Source of the DNA: Candidatus Multivorans azotirespirans
GTDB taxonomy: Bacteria > Acidobacteriota > Thermoanaerobaculia > Multivoradales > Multivoraceae
Assembly (NCBI GenBank): GCA_027493095.1
Contig: JAPVXD010000198.1
Coordinates: 30,253 to 94,252, forward strand
DNA length: 64,000 bases
Direction: 5' to 3'
This document shows positions 1 through 8,900 of the stretch, in pieces. The translations under genes and the position numbers were made by a program. Position 1 is the first letter of the stretch. The number at the start of each line of letters is the position of its first letter. Under the pieces are notes generated by a model that searched no databases, was not told where the DNA came from, and saw nothing but the letters and a program-made list of their open reading frames with translations.

Positions 1-684
1 GTGGGTTTCCAGGACGTAGGCGGCCATCACTCCGGTCGTGTCGTCACGCGTGATGTAGGCGGCGGAGTAGTTGCGCAGGTTGAGGCGGCCCGTCGCTTCC
101 CGCTCCAGTTCCTGCCACAGGCCGGGGGTGCTGCCCTCGCGCATCGGCAGCAGGCGGTCGCTGTTGGGGTCCAGGGAGTAGACCTCCGGCACGAGCCAGT
201 CCACCGGCGCGCCGACCGTCACTGGCCAGGAGATCGCCGCGGTCCGCCGGCCGGCCCCGCGCACGGCGTCCCAGAGCGTGGGGACCTGGATTCCCGATTC
301 GTGCCAGTACCACTCTCCACTCTGGCCCTCGGGTTCGAAGGGCCGGTTGTAGTAGATCCCGTGCCGGGCGGGCAACGCGCCAGTGACGATCGTCGTGTGT
401 GACGGGTAGGTGACCGTAGGAAACACCCCGCGCACGCCCTCGGCGTGTGCGCCGTCGCGCGCCATCTGCTGCATGTTCGGCGCCGGCCAGGAGGAGCCGG
501 GGAGGTAGAAGTCCGGCCGGAGGCCGTCGACAGAGACGAGTACGACGTGATCGGCCCGCGGCTCCGCCTGTGCCGCCAGCGGACTGCTGGCCAGCAAGAG
601 GGAGCAGAGGACGGCGCCGGCGACGGCGGGGAGACCCGGCAGCCCGCGCCGCAGACTGCCGCCCGCGGATGCCGGTCCCACCAC
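1..684 (-). CDS. Type I phosphodiesterase / nucleotide pyrophosphatase (NPP-like, alkaline-phosphatase superfamily); 3' end runs off the window
   Basis: Not in the ORF track because there is no stop inside the window. My own minus-strand translation from GTG at 684 gives VVGPASAGGSLRRGLPGLPAVAGAVLCSLLLASSPLAAQA (signal-peptide-like), then LVSVDGLRPDFY and PTVTYPSHTTIVTGALPARHGIYYN, the metal/nucleophile motifs of NPP enzymes. The frame stays open to base 1. A 6-nt gap separates it from the upstream gene's stop. Confidence 0.7.
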   Translation of the reverse strand, partial: MVGPASAGGSLRRGLPGLPAVAGAVLCSLLLASSPLAAQAEPRADHVVLVSVDGLRPDFYLPGSSWPAPNMQQMARDGAHAEGVRGVFPTVTYPSHTTIVTGALPARHGIYYNRPFEPEGQSGEWYWHESGIQVPTLWDAVRGAGRRTAAISWPVTVGAPVDWLVPEVYSLDPNSDRLLPMREGSTPGLWQELEREATGRLNLRNYSAAYITRDDTTGVMAAYVLETH

Positions 685-690
685 GGGCTC

Positions 691-1518
691 CTAGACGGCA
701 GCCGCGAGCCGGCCGTCGTAGATGCTCTGCCGCATGTCTTCCAGCTTGTCGAGGTAGAGCTGCCTGTACTCGTCGTAGTCGAGGTCGAACGGGGCCTGAC
801 CGCGCTCGAAGCCGGCGAAGGTCTGGTTCGGGCCGTCTTCCGCGAACGGCCGCATCGCCTCGACTTGCGCCTCGAACTGGTCGACCAGGTGCGGATGCTC
901 GGCGAGCAGGCGCTGCAGGACGTACACGCCGAAACCGATGTGGCGGGCCTCGTCGCGCTGGATCAGGCGAATCCCGCGGTTGAGCGCGGGCAACTTGCCC
1001 GTGCGCTCGAAGATCTTGTAGTAGATCGGGTAGCTGGCTTCGGCGCCCACGCCCTCGACGTAGAAGTGGTACAGCATGATGGCGTTCAGCAGCGCCTCGG
1101 GGCTGTCGTCCTCGAACAGCGCGCGCATCGTCGCCGGCAGCCGCGTCGAGAACATGTCGCCATGGAGGTTGGGGTAGGGGATGTCGACCCCGAACCGGCC
1201 CGGCAGCGCCTCGATCAACCAGGTCTCGAAGAACTGGACATGGCGGGCCTCCTCGTACATCTGCGCGGTGACGTACATCTCGTCTTCCAGGCGGCCGTCC
1301 TGGCGGAAGCGGAACTGGAGCGGCGCGAGTTCATGGGTCACGCCGCGCTCGCCGACCCTGAAGCCGGAGATCAGGCGGATCAGCAGATTCCGCTCGTCGT
1401 CCGAGAAGGACATCCAGTCGGACCGCTCCTGCGAGAAGTCGATGTCGGCGGGGTTCCAGGAACGCTCGTGGGAAGCGGTGAAGAGTCGTATTGGCAGCGA
1501 CGAACTGTCGAACGGCAT
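691..1518 (-). CDS. Ferritin-like di-metal carboxylate protein of the ribonucleotide reductase R2 family, most like R2-like ligand-binding oxidase (R2lox)
   Basis: 275-aa ORF with two ExxH metal motifs (MYEEARHVQFF and RDEARHIGFG). The position 4 residues after the first His is Phe, where classical R2 carries the radical Tyr. No RNR alpha subunit is nearby. AAGGAGG RBS lies upstream of the ATG at 1518. Confidence 0.75.
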   Translation of the reverse strand: MPFDSSSLPIRLFTASHERSWNPADIDFSQERSDWMSFSDDERNLLIRLISGFRVGERGVTHELAPLQFRFRQDGRLEDEMYVTAQMYEEARHVQFFETWLIEALPGRFGVDIPYPNLHGDMFSTRLPATMRALFEDDSPEALLNAIMLYHFYVEGVGAEASYPIYYKIFERTGKLPALNRGIRLIQRDEARHIGFGVYVLQRLLAEHPHLVDQFEAQVEAMRPFAEDGPNQTFAGFERGQAPFDLDYDEYRQLYLDKLEDMRQSIYDGRLAAAV

Positions 1519-1570
1519 GGCGAACCTCCTTGACGAGTCGATTGTAGCCGGACCGACCGCGCCGGAGCCG

Positions 1571-2797
1571 TCAGTGTCGGCGGAACGCGCGGATCAGAAG
1601 CACCATGGCGACGGCCATGAGCAGCGAGCCGGCCAGGAGTGGGGCGCCTGGCAACTCGAACGGAGCGGCGTCGGATGTGAAGTAGCTGAACACGCCGCTG
1701 GTGAAGACGAGCGGCGCCGCGATCGCGGAAAGGCTCATCAGCGACGTGAGCGCCCCCTGGATCTTCCCCTGCTCGGTGGGCGCCACCGTGCCGGCGATGA
1801 TCGCCTGGACTGCCGGGCCTGCGATGCCCCCCAGCGATCCGACGAAGATCACCGTGACGAGGATCGGGCCGTTCGGCGCGAGGCCGTAGCCGGCGAAGGC
1901 CAGCGTTCCGATGCCGAAGCCCACCAGCACGGCCCGGCGCTCGCCCAGCCAGGTGACCGCGGGTCGCACCAGGAAGCCCTGGACCAGGGCCGCCGCAACG
2001 CCGACGGCCGCCAGCGCGAGACCGTTCTGGAACTCGTTCCAGCCGTAGCGGTAGCTGGTGTAGAGCACCCAGGACGTCTCCAGGCCGCGTTGTGCGAGCG
2101 CCAGCAGCAGGAAGGCGACCGCCAGGCTGGCGACCAGGGGGTAGGTGCGGAGGTGCACGATGCTCGATACCGGATTCGCCTTGCGGAGTGAGAGGGCGCT
2201 CCGGTTCTCCGGCGCCAGGGACTCGGGCAGCACGAGAAAGCCGTAGAGCGAGTTCAGGAGGCACAGGCCGGCCGCGACGAAGAAGGGCAGCCGCAGGTCG
2301 ATGCCGCCGAGCAGGCCGCCGAAGACCGGTCCCAGTATGAAACCGACGCCGAAGGCGACGTTGACCAGCCCGTAGTTCCGGGCCCGGGTTTCCGGCGTCG
2401 AGATGTCGGCGATGTAGGCGTTCGCCGTCGTGATGCTGGCGCCCATCACGCCGGCGACGATCCGGCCCGCGAACAACCAGCCGAGCGATGGCGCGAAGCC
2501 CATGATCACGTAGTCGACGCCCAGGCCGAACATGGAAAGCAGGAGGATGCGGCGGCGGCCGAAGCGATCGGAAAGCGCGCCGAGGATTGGCGCGCAGACG
2601 AACTGCGCCACGGCGTAGCAGGCGGCTATCGCGCCCACCGCCACGGCGGCGGACGATGTGTCGCCGCCCCTGAACTGCTCGACGAGTTCGGGGAAGACGG
2701 GAATGATCAGGCCGACGCCCAGCATGTCGAGCAGGATCACGGCGAAGATGAAGCCGACGCCGGCCTGGCGGCGGGGAGGTGCGTCTGGTTGAGGCAT
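1571..2797 (-). CDS. MFS transporter (Tet/drug-H+ antiporter-like, 12 TM)
   Basis: Hydrophobic 12-TM-like sequence with MFS loop motifs (LSDRFGRRRILL, GRIVAGVMGA). Start moved to the ATG at 2797 (MPQPDAPPRRQAGVGFIF...), because the 2890 start would overlap the divergent lipoprotein gene. Confidence 0.85.
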   Translation of the reverse strand: MPQPDAPPRRQAGVGFIFAVILLDMLGVGLIIPVFPELVEQFRGGDTSSAAVAVGAIAACYAVAQFVCAPILGALSDRFGRRRILLLSMFGLGVDYVIMGFAPSLGWLFAGRIVAGVMGASITTANAYIADISTPETRARNYGLVNVAFGVGFILGPVFGGLLGGIDLRLPFFVAAGLCLLNSLYGFLVLPESLAPENRSALSLRKANPVSSIVHLRTYPLVASLAVAFLLLALAQRGLETSWVLYTSYRYGWNEFQNGLALAAVGVAAALVQGFLVRPAVTWLGERRAVLVGFGIGTLAFAGYGLAPNGPILVTVIFVGSLGGIAGPAVQAIIAGTVAPTEQGKIQGALTSLMSLSAIAAPLVFTSGVFSYFTSDAAPFELPGAPLLAGSLLMAVAMVLLIRAFRRH

Positions 2798-2848
2798 GGT
2801 CAGGGCGTCGGGAGAGTAGTACGGCTGGCAGGCGTTAGAGTTGACGCC

Positions 2849-3325
2849 ATGAGTCACATGGTCGGAGTATCCCGGTCGAGTCGGCGGCACGCCTTGATGG
2901 CAATGGCCCTGGTTGGAACGCTCGCGGCCTGCGGTCCGTCGGAGGGCCCGCCGCCGGAGCCTCGGCCGGACGTGGACACGTTGCGCGCGTCCTTCATCGC
3001 GCAGATCGAGTCGATCGACCTCGTGGCGGGCCTCGAGACCGACGGCGACGAGGTTCGCTTCGTTCGTCCCGACGGCTCGGGCGAGGACGTCGAGTGGCGC
3101 GTGCGGATCGACTCGCTTGAGGTGGAGTCCGGGGAAGGCGAGGGGGCGCAGGTGCTAGGTCGCGTACGGTCGGCCTGGAGTGCCGACGGCCGCCCGATCA
3201 CGGTCCAGCAGGGCCCTGCGGGGCTTGTGACCGACATGCCTCACTGGCTCCTCGACGCCGGTCTGGCGCCCGCTGAATGCTGGGCGTTGTGGGACGAAGA
3301 AGCGAAGGCGTGGGGCTGGACGTGA
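2849..3325 (+). CDS. Hypothetical lipoprotein
   Basis: MSHMVGVSRSSRRHALMAMALVGTLAAC has a basic n-region, a hydrophobic core and an L-A-A-C lipobox. No recognisable catalytic motif. Confidence 0.55.
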   Translation: MSHMVGVSRSSRRHALMAMALVGTLAACGPSEGPPPEPRPDVDTLRASFIAQIESIDLVAGLETDGDEVRFVRPDGSGEDVEWRVRIDSLEVESGEGEGAQVLGRVRSAWSADGRPITVQQGPAGLVTDMPHWLLDAGLAPAECWALWDEEAKAWGWT

Positions 3326-3408
3326 CGCGGACCGCTGTTGATCCGCGGCTATGATCGAAGGACGCTGCTTTGCATTCCTGGGTTCACCCGCTCTTGGGAG
3401 GTAGTCGG

Positions 3409-4488
3409 ATGAGGAAGAACGAACAGTCGAGAGCCGTGGTGACGATTGGCGCGATGGCCCTGTTGCTCGGGCTCGCCGCCGCCGGCGCGGTCTTGGCGGC
3501 CAACAACAACGCCAAGGACGCGGACTGGGCAATCCCCCGCACCGCTTACGGCCACCCGGACCTCCAGGGCGTGTGGGAGAACAACAACGGCACTCCTCTG
3601 CAGCGCCCCGCCGCCTGGGCGGGCAAGGAGCGTCTGACGGACGAGGAGTTCCAGGAACTGATGGCCGCGGTCGCCGAGGCGACGAACCCCGGCGCGGACG
3701 CCCTGTTCGGCGACCAGCTCGTCCTGGCGGCGATCGAGCGGACGAAGGCGACGTCCTACGACCCGACGACCGGCAACTACAACCAGTTCTGGATCGCTGA
3801 CCGGTACTTCACGAAGCGCACTTCGCTCGTCGTCGACCCGCCCGACGGTCTGGTCCCGCCCCTTACCGAACCGGCGAAGAAGCGCCTCTGCAAGCGGGTG
3901 AAGCACCTGATGGAGCATCCGGCCGACTCCTGGCTCGACCGGCCGATCGCCGAGCGCTGCATCAGCTACGGCGCCCCGTTCATCTTCCCCGGCTACAACA
4001 GCTACCACCAGATCTTCCAGAGCGAGGACCACGTCGTCATTCACCAGGAGATGATCCACGACGCGCGCGTCATTCGGCTGGACGACGAGTCCGCGCTCGA
4101 CGACGACGTGAGGCTCTGGAACGGCGACTCCCGCGGCCACTGGGACGGCGACACCCTGGTCATCGAGACGTCGAACTACTCGAAGAAGAACGACTTCATG
4201 GGCTCCTCGGAGCAGCTGAAGATCACCGAGCGGTTCACGCTGACGGACCCGGAAACCCTGGAGTGGGAGATCACGGTGAACGACCCGGGGACGTGGACAC
4301 AGCCCTGGACGGCGTCGATTCCCCTCAAGCGGACAGAGGACGCGATCTACGAGTACGCCTGTCACGAGGGCAACTACGGGATGGAGGGCATGCTCGCCGG
4401 CGCCCGCGCCGAAGAGGCGGCCAACAAGCCGAAGCAGCTCGATCCGGGCGTCGTGTTTCGGTATCCGGGACTGACCTGCGACTTCTAG
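3409..4488 (+). CDS. Secreted hypothetical protein (unknown family; C-terminal YEYACHEGNY motif)
   Basis: GGGAGG RBS sits 7 nt upstream of the ATG at 3409. Signal-peptide-like N-terminus (AVVTIGAMALLLGLAAAGAVLA). Coding-like composition throughout. Confidence 0.65.
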   Translation: MRKNEQSRAVVTIGAMALLLGLAAAGAVLAANNNAKDADWAIPRTAYGHPDLQGVWENNNGTPLQRPAAWAGKERLTDEEFQELMAAVAEATNPGADALFGDQLVLAAIERTKATSYDPTTGNYNQFWIADRYFTKRTSLVVDPPDGLVPPLTEPAKKRLCKRVKHLMEHPADSWLDRPIAERCISYGAPFIFPGYNSYHQIFQSEDHVVIHQEMIHDARVIRLDDESALDDDVRLWNGDSRGHWDGDTLVIETSNYSKKNDFMGSSEQLKITERFTLTDPETLEWEITVNDPGTWTQPWTASIPLKRTEDAIYEYACHEGNYGMEGMLAGARAEEAANKPKQLDPGVVFRYPGLTCDF

Positions 4489-4502
4489 GATAGGGCGCGA
4501 CT

Positions 4503-4892
4503 TCAGCGAATCGGGCGAATCTCGACCCCAGGCAGGTTCAGCTTCAGCCAGGCCCGGTCAGCCGTGAGCGCAGGAAGACCGTGCGCGGTTGCCGTGGCGA
4601 GACACGCTCGGTCACCGAGCCCCAGGCCTGCCGCGGCTGTTGCAGGGCGAAGCGCCCCGCTGCGGAGTGCCATGTCAGAGTCGAAGGGCAGGATGTCGAC
4701 TCCGAGCGTGGCGAGAGAGTAGGCCACGGCGGGCTGTGACCATCCCTCATGGGTGAGTCGTGCAGCGACCTCTTCCACGTTGACAGCGGACATCGCTGCG
4801 CCGTCGGATAGGGCGCTGAACACCACCTCCGCCCCTGGTTCGCTCTGGATCAGCGCCAGCAGCGCCGACGCGTCCAGAAGAGAGCTAGCCAC
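4503..4892 (-). CDS. vapC: PIN-domain toxin (VapC family)
   Basis: N-terminal LLDASALLAL, plus later acidic residues (NVEEV, GDRACLATA) typical of PIN. The GTG start at 4892 overlaps the upstream antitoxin stop (GTGGCTAG). Confidence 0.75.
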   Translation of the reverse strand: MASSLLDASALLALIQSEPGAEVVFSALSDGAAMSAVNVEEVAARLTHEGWSQPAVAYSLATLGVDILPFDSDMALRSGALRPATAAAGLGLGDRACLATATAHGLPALTADRAWLKLNLPGVEIRPIR

Positions 4893-5178
4893 CGAACTCC
4901 TTCCGAGCCTCAGCCCGGCGCTCGGCGATGAAGGCATCAACCTCGCCGCCCTTGCCGCCGCCGTACTTCCTGGCCAGGGCCTGGACCTTTGCCACAGCGG
5001 CGTCCAGCGCAGCCTCCGCCGTGGTCATCTTGATCGAGTCGCCCTCGAGTGTCAGGACCACCTCCTGGCGTGGCTGGAATCGTAGTGCGGCACGGAAGGG
5101 TGCTGGTACCACGAGCCGGCCGGCTGCGTCCACGACGGTTGATACGGACTCGACGGTTGGTTCCGCGTGTTGTGCCAT
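4885..5178 (-). CDS. vapB: AbrB/MazE/SpoVT-family antitoxin (VapB-like)
   Basis: 97 aa. The GRLVVPAPFRAALRF...VVLTLEGDSIKM segment looks like a swapped-hairpin AbrB fold. It sits directly upstream of, and overlaps, the PIN gene. Confidence 0.75.
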   Translation of the reverse strand: MAQHAEPTVESVSTVVDAAGRLVVPAPFRAALRFQPRQEVVLTLEGDSIKMTTAEAALDAAVAKVQALARKYGGGKGGEVDAFIAERRAEARKEFGG

Positions 5179-5190
5179 AGGGCACGCACT

Positions 5191-5216
5191 CTACCATGAA
5201 GACAAGAGCATGGTAG
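5191..5216. promoter_or_regulatory. Perfect 8-bp inverted repeat (CTACCATG-N10-CATGGTAG) just upstream of vapB; candidate antitoxin operator
   Basis: Read directly: ctaccatg at 5191-5198 and catggtag at 5209-5216, 13 nt from the vapB ATG. A TAGAGT -10-like hexamer on the minus strand overlaps the proximal arm. Confidence 0.35.
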
Positions 5217-5270
5217 TCCGTGTCTTCCTTCCACGAGCGTCCGGCACGGACGAACGGCCGCCAGGCAAGT

Positions 5271-5948
5271 TCAGCCGCTGAGCATCTTCTCCCTGCGCTC
5301 GGCGCGGGTGAACGTGAGGGCGACGATCGCCGCGATCGCGAGGGCGGTGCCGATGCGATTCTGAACGTTCAGCGCGAGCATCTGCGCCGCGTCCGCCTCT
5401 TCCACGGCGAGCGGGTTCCAGAACGGTGAGACGCGGAACGAACCGAACAGCCGGTTGAGGCCGAGGACGCCGATCGTGGCGAGGGAGCCGGCCACGTCGC
5501 TGCGGAACAGGGTCGCGAAGCCCATGGCGGCAACGAGGTAGAAGACGACTCCCTGCGTCGCGCCGTACAGGCCCTGGAGAATCGGGAATTCCGTGAAGAA
5601 GGCATAAGTCACGCCGGCGAGGAGGACCAGGCTGACCAGGAGCATCAGGATCGCGGCGGCGAGCTTGCCGAGCCAGACCCGATGGGCGCCTCCGGGAACG
5701 GTGTAGGCAATCTCGAGGCTGTGCTGATCGAGTTCGCCTGTGATGATCCGGCCGCCCAGGAAGATCGCGAGCACGGCTACCGGTACGCCGATCAGGCTGT
5801 TCTGCGCCGCCGCCGGCTCCAGGGCAGGTCGCATGCCGGCTACCAGCATGAGGGCCTGTACTACGAGCCACACCAGCGGCAGCAAGGGCAGCAGCCAGTA
5901 CCGGCGTCCGCCAAGCAACACCGCCGAGGTGCGAAGCAGCGTGATCAT
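5271..5948 (-). CDS. ABC-2 type transporter permease (about 6 TM)
   Basis: 225-aa polytopic membrane protein. Its ATG overlaps the stop of the upstream NBD-containing ORF (ATGA at 5945-5948). Confidence 0.75.
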   Translation of the reverse strand: MITLLRTSAVLLGGRRYWLLPLLPLVWLVVQALMLVAGMRPALEPAAAQNSLIGVPVAVLAIFLGGRIITGELDQHSLEIAYTVPGGAHRVWLGKLAAAILMLLVSLVLLAGVTYAFFTEFPILQGLYGATQGVVFYLVAAMGFATLFRSDVAGSLATIGVLGLNRLFGSFRVSPFWNPLAVEEADAAQMLALNVQNRIGTALAIAAIVALTFTRAERREKMLSG

Positions 5949-8900
5949 GCCGGCGCCTCAGTACGCACCGCGCGCGCGAGCCACAGGTAACCGTCCTCCA
6001 GCGTAGGCTCGGCGGGGGCGGCCCGCTCGTCCGGGCGGCCGGCGGCGAGTACGCGAAGGCTGCTCGTGCCGTCCGGTTCGGGCTTCTGGTCTGCCAGCAC
6101 GGCGCCCTCGGGCAGCTCGGGCACTTCTTCTTCGCCCGCCGTCCGCCACGACCACACTCTGCCCTCGGCTTCGCGCGACAACGCGGCCGGGTGGCCGTCG
6201 AAGACCATTCGACCGCGGCTCAACACAAGGACGCGATCGCACGCTACCGCCACGTCTTCGACGACGTGGGTCGAGAAGAGCACGATCCGGTCCTTCGCGA
6301 GCCGTGAGAGCAGGTTACGGAAGCGGACCCGCTCGCGGGGGTCGAGGCCGACGGTCGGTTCGTCGACGACGATGATCGGAGGCAACCGGAGCAGCGTGCG
6401 CGCCACCGCAACGCGCTGTCGCATTCCACCCGAGTAGCCGCCGATCTGCTCGTCGGCGCGCTCGTCGAGCCCGACCTCACGCAGCAGCGTCGAAATGCGT
6501 TCGGCCCGTTCCGACGTGTCGATCTGGTAGAGGGCGGCGTAGTACTCGAGGTACTGGCGGGCGGTCAGCCGGGGCGGCAGGCCGGCGTCCTGGGGCAGGT
6601 AGCCGACGTAGCGCGCGAGGCGCGTTCGGACGCTGAGCAACGGAACGCCGCCGAGCGTGATCCGGCCCCGCGTCGAGTCGAGGATTCCAGTCAACTGCCT
6701 GAGCAGCGTCGTCTTGCCGGCGCCGTTCGGGCCGAGCACTCCGACCATGCCGCGTTCGGCCTCGAAGCTCACCGCGGCCAGGGCCTTGACGGTGTCGATC
6801 GGCAGGTCCAGACCGAACACCTTCGTTGCCGCGGCGCGCCAGAGGCGAAGGAGCTGACCACGCCAGCCCCTTGCGCGTCGTCGCCGGGAGGTCCGCTGTT
6901 CCCGGCGCATCGTCTCGAGCCGCGCCGTGCGGCGTCCGAGCTGAACCAGCAGAATGACCGTGGAGACGATGGCCAGCGCGATGAACCCTGCGACTTCAGG
7001 ATCGGCGACCATCTCCGGAACGACCAGCCAGGCGAGAAGCGCCCAGGACAGCAGGGCCGTCAGCACGCCCTCGACGCCGCCCGGTTTCACGCGCCCGAGC
7101 TCGTCGGCGTGGCCCCGGGCGCGTCGGATCTCACGCAGCAGCCGGGAACCGATCAGCAGGATGGCGATCAGGACTCCGAGGATGATCAGGCCGCCGGTCA
7201 TCCGCGCCGCCAGGGCGACGGCGCCGGCGAACAGGAGCAGGAGAGGCAGCAGCCGGTCACGGGCGTCGGCCGGCTCAAAGGCCCGGCCGCCCTGGGCGGC
7301 GACCCGCCTGGCGAAGTCGGCGGTAGCCCGCAGCGCCCGGCGCACCGGGCCGGGGAGGCCGTACGTCTTGCGCAGGTGGCGGACGACGAGCTTTGGTGGG
7401 CCGGCGGCCGTTTCCGGCTCGGGCGACGGCGGCTTCGGCAGCAGCCACACGGTGAGGCCGAGCAGCGCTCCGGCGATCAGCACCGTGGTCGTGATCTGCC
7501 AGAACATCGACTCGATCACGCCGAACGCGAACAGAGGCGCGGTCGTCGCGATGACGGCGCCGAGCCAGGTCAGCACGACCCAGGGGCCGACGCGGCTGAA
7601 CAGTTCGTCGAGGCGTCGCAGGAAGACGAAGCCGACCGGGATGACGAGCAACGTCAGCAGGGTCGCGGTCAGCAGGCCACCGATCACGAGCGTCGCAAAG
7701 GGCGGCCAGATCTCGTTCTCGCGCCCGGTCGCGATGGACAGGGGCGCCAGCGCCGCGACCGTCGTGGCGGACGTCATCAGGACCGGGCGCGCTCGCTCGC
7801 GGACGGCGGCGAGGGCGGCCGCGCCGGCGCTCCAGCCGGCGCCCAGCGTGTGCTGCTGCATTCGGTCGACGAGCAGGACGGCCGGGTTGATCGCCAACCC
7901 GAGCAGAACCAGTGCTCCGAGCAGAGCCATCGCCTCGAAGCCGATGCCGGTCAGGACCAGGGCCCAGACCGAGCCGAGCAGCGCGAGGGGAAGGGCGATC
8001 AGGACGAGGATTGGCAGCGTCATCGACTCGAACGTCACCGCCAGGACGAGGAAGACCAGAAGAACGACCGGCACCACGATGCGCCGGAACCAGTTCGTGC
8101 TCTCCCCGGAGCGGTCGAGCGCGATGGTCGTGCCCGCGGGCCGGTGGATGCTGGCGATCGCCTCGTCCAGGCTCCGGTCGAAGGCGTCGCGCGCCGGGCC
8201 CCGCCGCGGCACGTCCGGCGACAGGGTGTAGAAGACCTCCCGTTCGCGGACGCCGTTGTGGTGGGTGATGACCGGGGAAGGCGGCGCCTGCCGCACCTGC
8301 GCCAGGGCGGCGACCGGCAGGACTCCGGCCCCGGTCGAGACGCGGAGCCGCTGCAGCCCGCTGAGCGACACGTCGCGGTCGAGGCTGCTGTCGTTCGGGG
8401 GCTCGGCCTCGTCGCGCCGCTCCTCCGACCGTTGGACGACGATCGGCAACTCCCGCCCGCTGTCAAGCGGATAGCCGGTGTTGATCCTGGTCCCTTCGCG
8501 TCCGGCCAGATTCAGCATCGGCAGTACCTCGTCCAGGAGCACGCCGAACGTGTCGAAGGCGCGCCGGTTCGGACTCACGTGGAGTTCGTCGGGCCCTGGG
8601 CGTACCGCCGGATAGGCGCCTGCGATGCCCTCGATCTCCCGTAAACGCTCGGTGACCTGGGCCGCGAGGTCCGTCAACTGTTCGTTGTCGTTGCCGGAAA
8701 GGACGACCCGGGATGGGCCGCCGCCGAGCAGTTCCTGGGCGCCGCCGCCTCTGCCGCCTCCGCCGCCTCCACGTCCTCCCGGGCCTTCGCCCTCGCCCGG
8801 ATTGAGGAGTTCGGCGCCGGCGCGCCGGGCCGGGGGACGCAGCAGCTGCCGTACGCGTCTGGCCGTCAGCCCCTCAGGTCGCTCGTCTTCCTCCACCAGG

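Noticed and set aside
445-1533. 362-aa plus-strand ORF
   Set aside because: It is antisense to the R2lox-like gene, whose product has clear ExxH metal motifs and an AAGGAGG RBS. The plus-strand product is Arg/Gly/Val/Asp-rich with no motif. This is a typical high-GC shadow ORF.
8741-8800. Repetitive ccgcc/gcctcc DNA. I considered a tandem repeat, a CRISPR-like array or a slippage-prone tract.
   Set aside because: It is in frame within the RND-ABC ORF and encodes a Gly-rich linker (GEGEGPGGRGGGGGGRGGG) in a periplasmic loop. There is no spacer/repeat periodicity. It is best treated as a low-complexity coding insertion.
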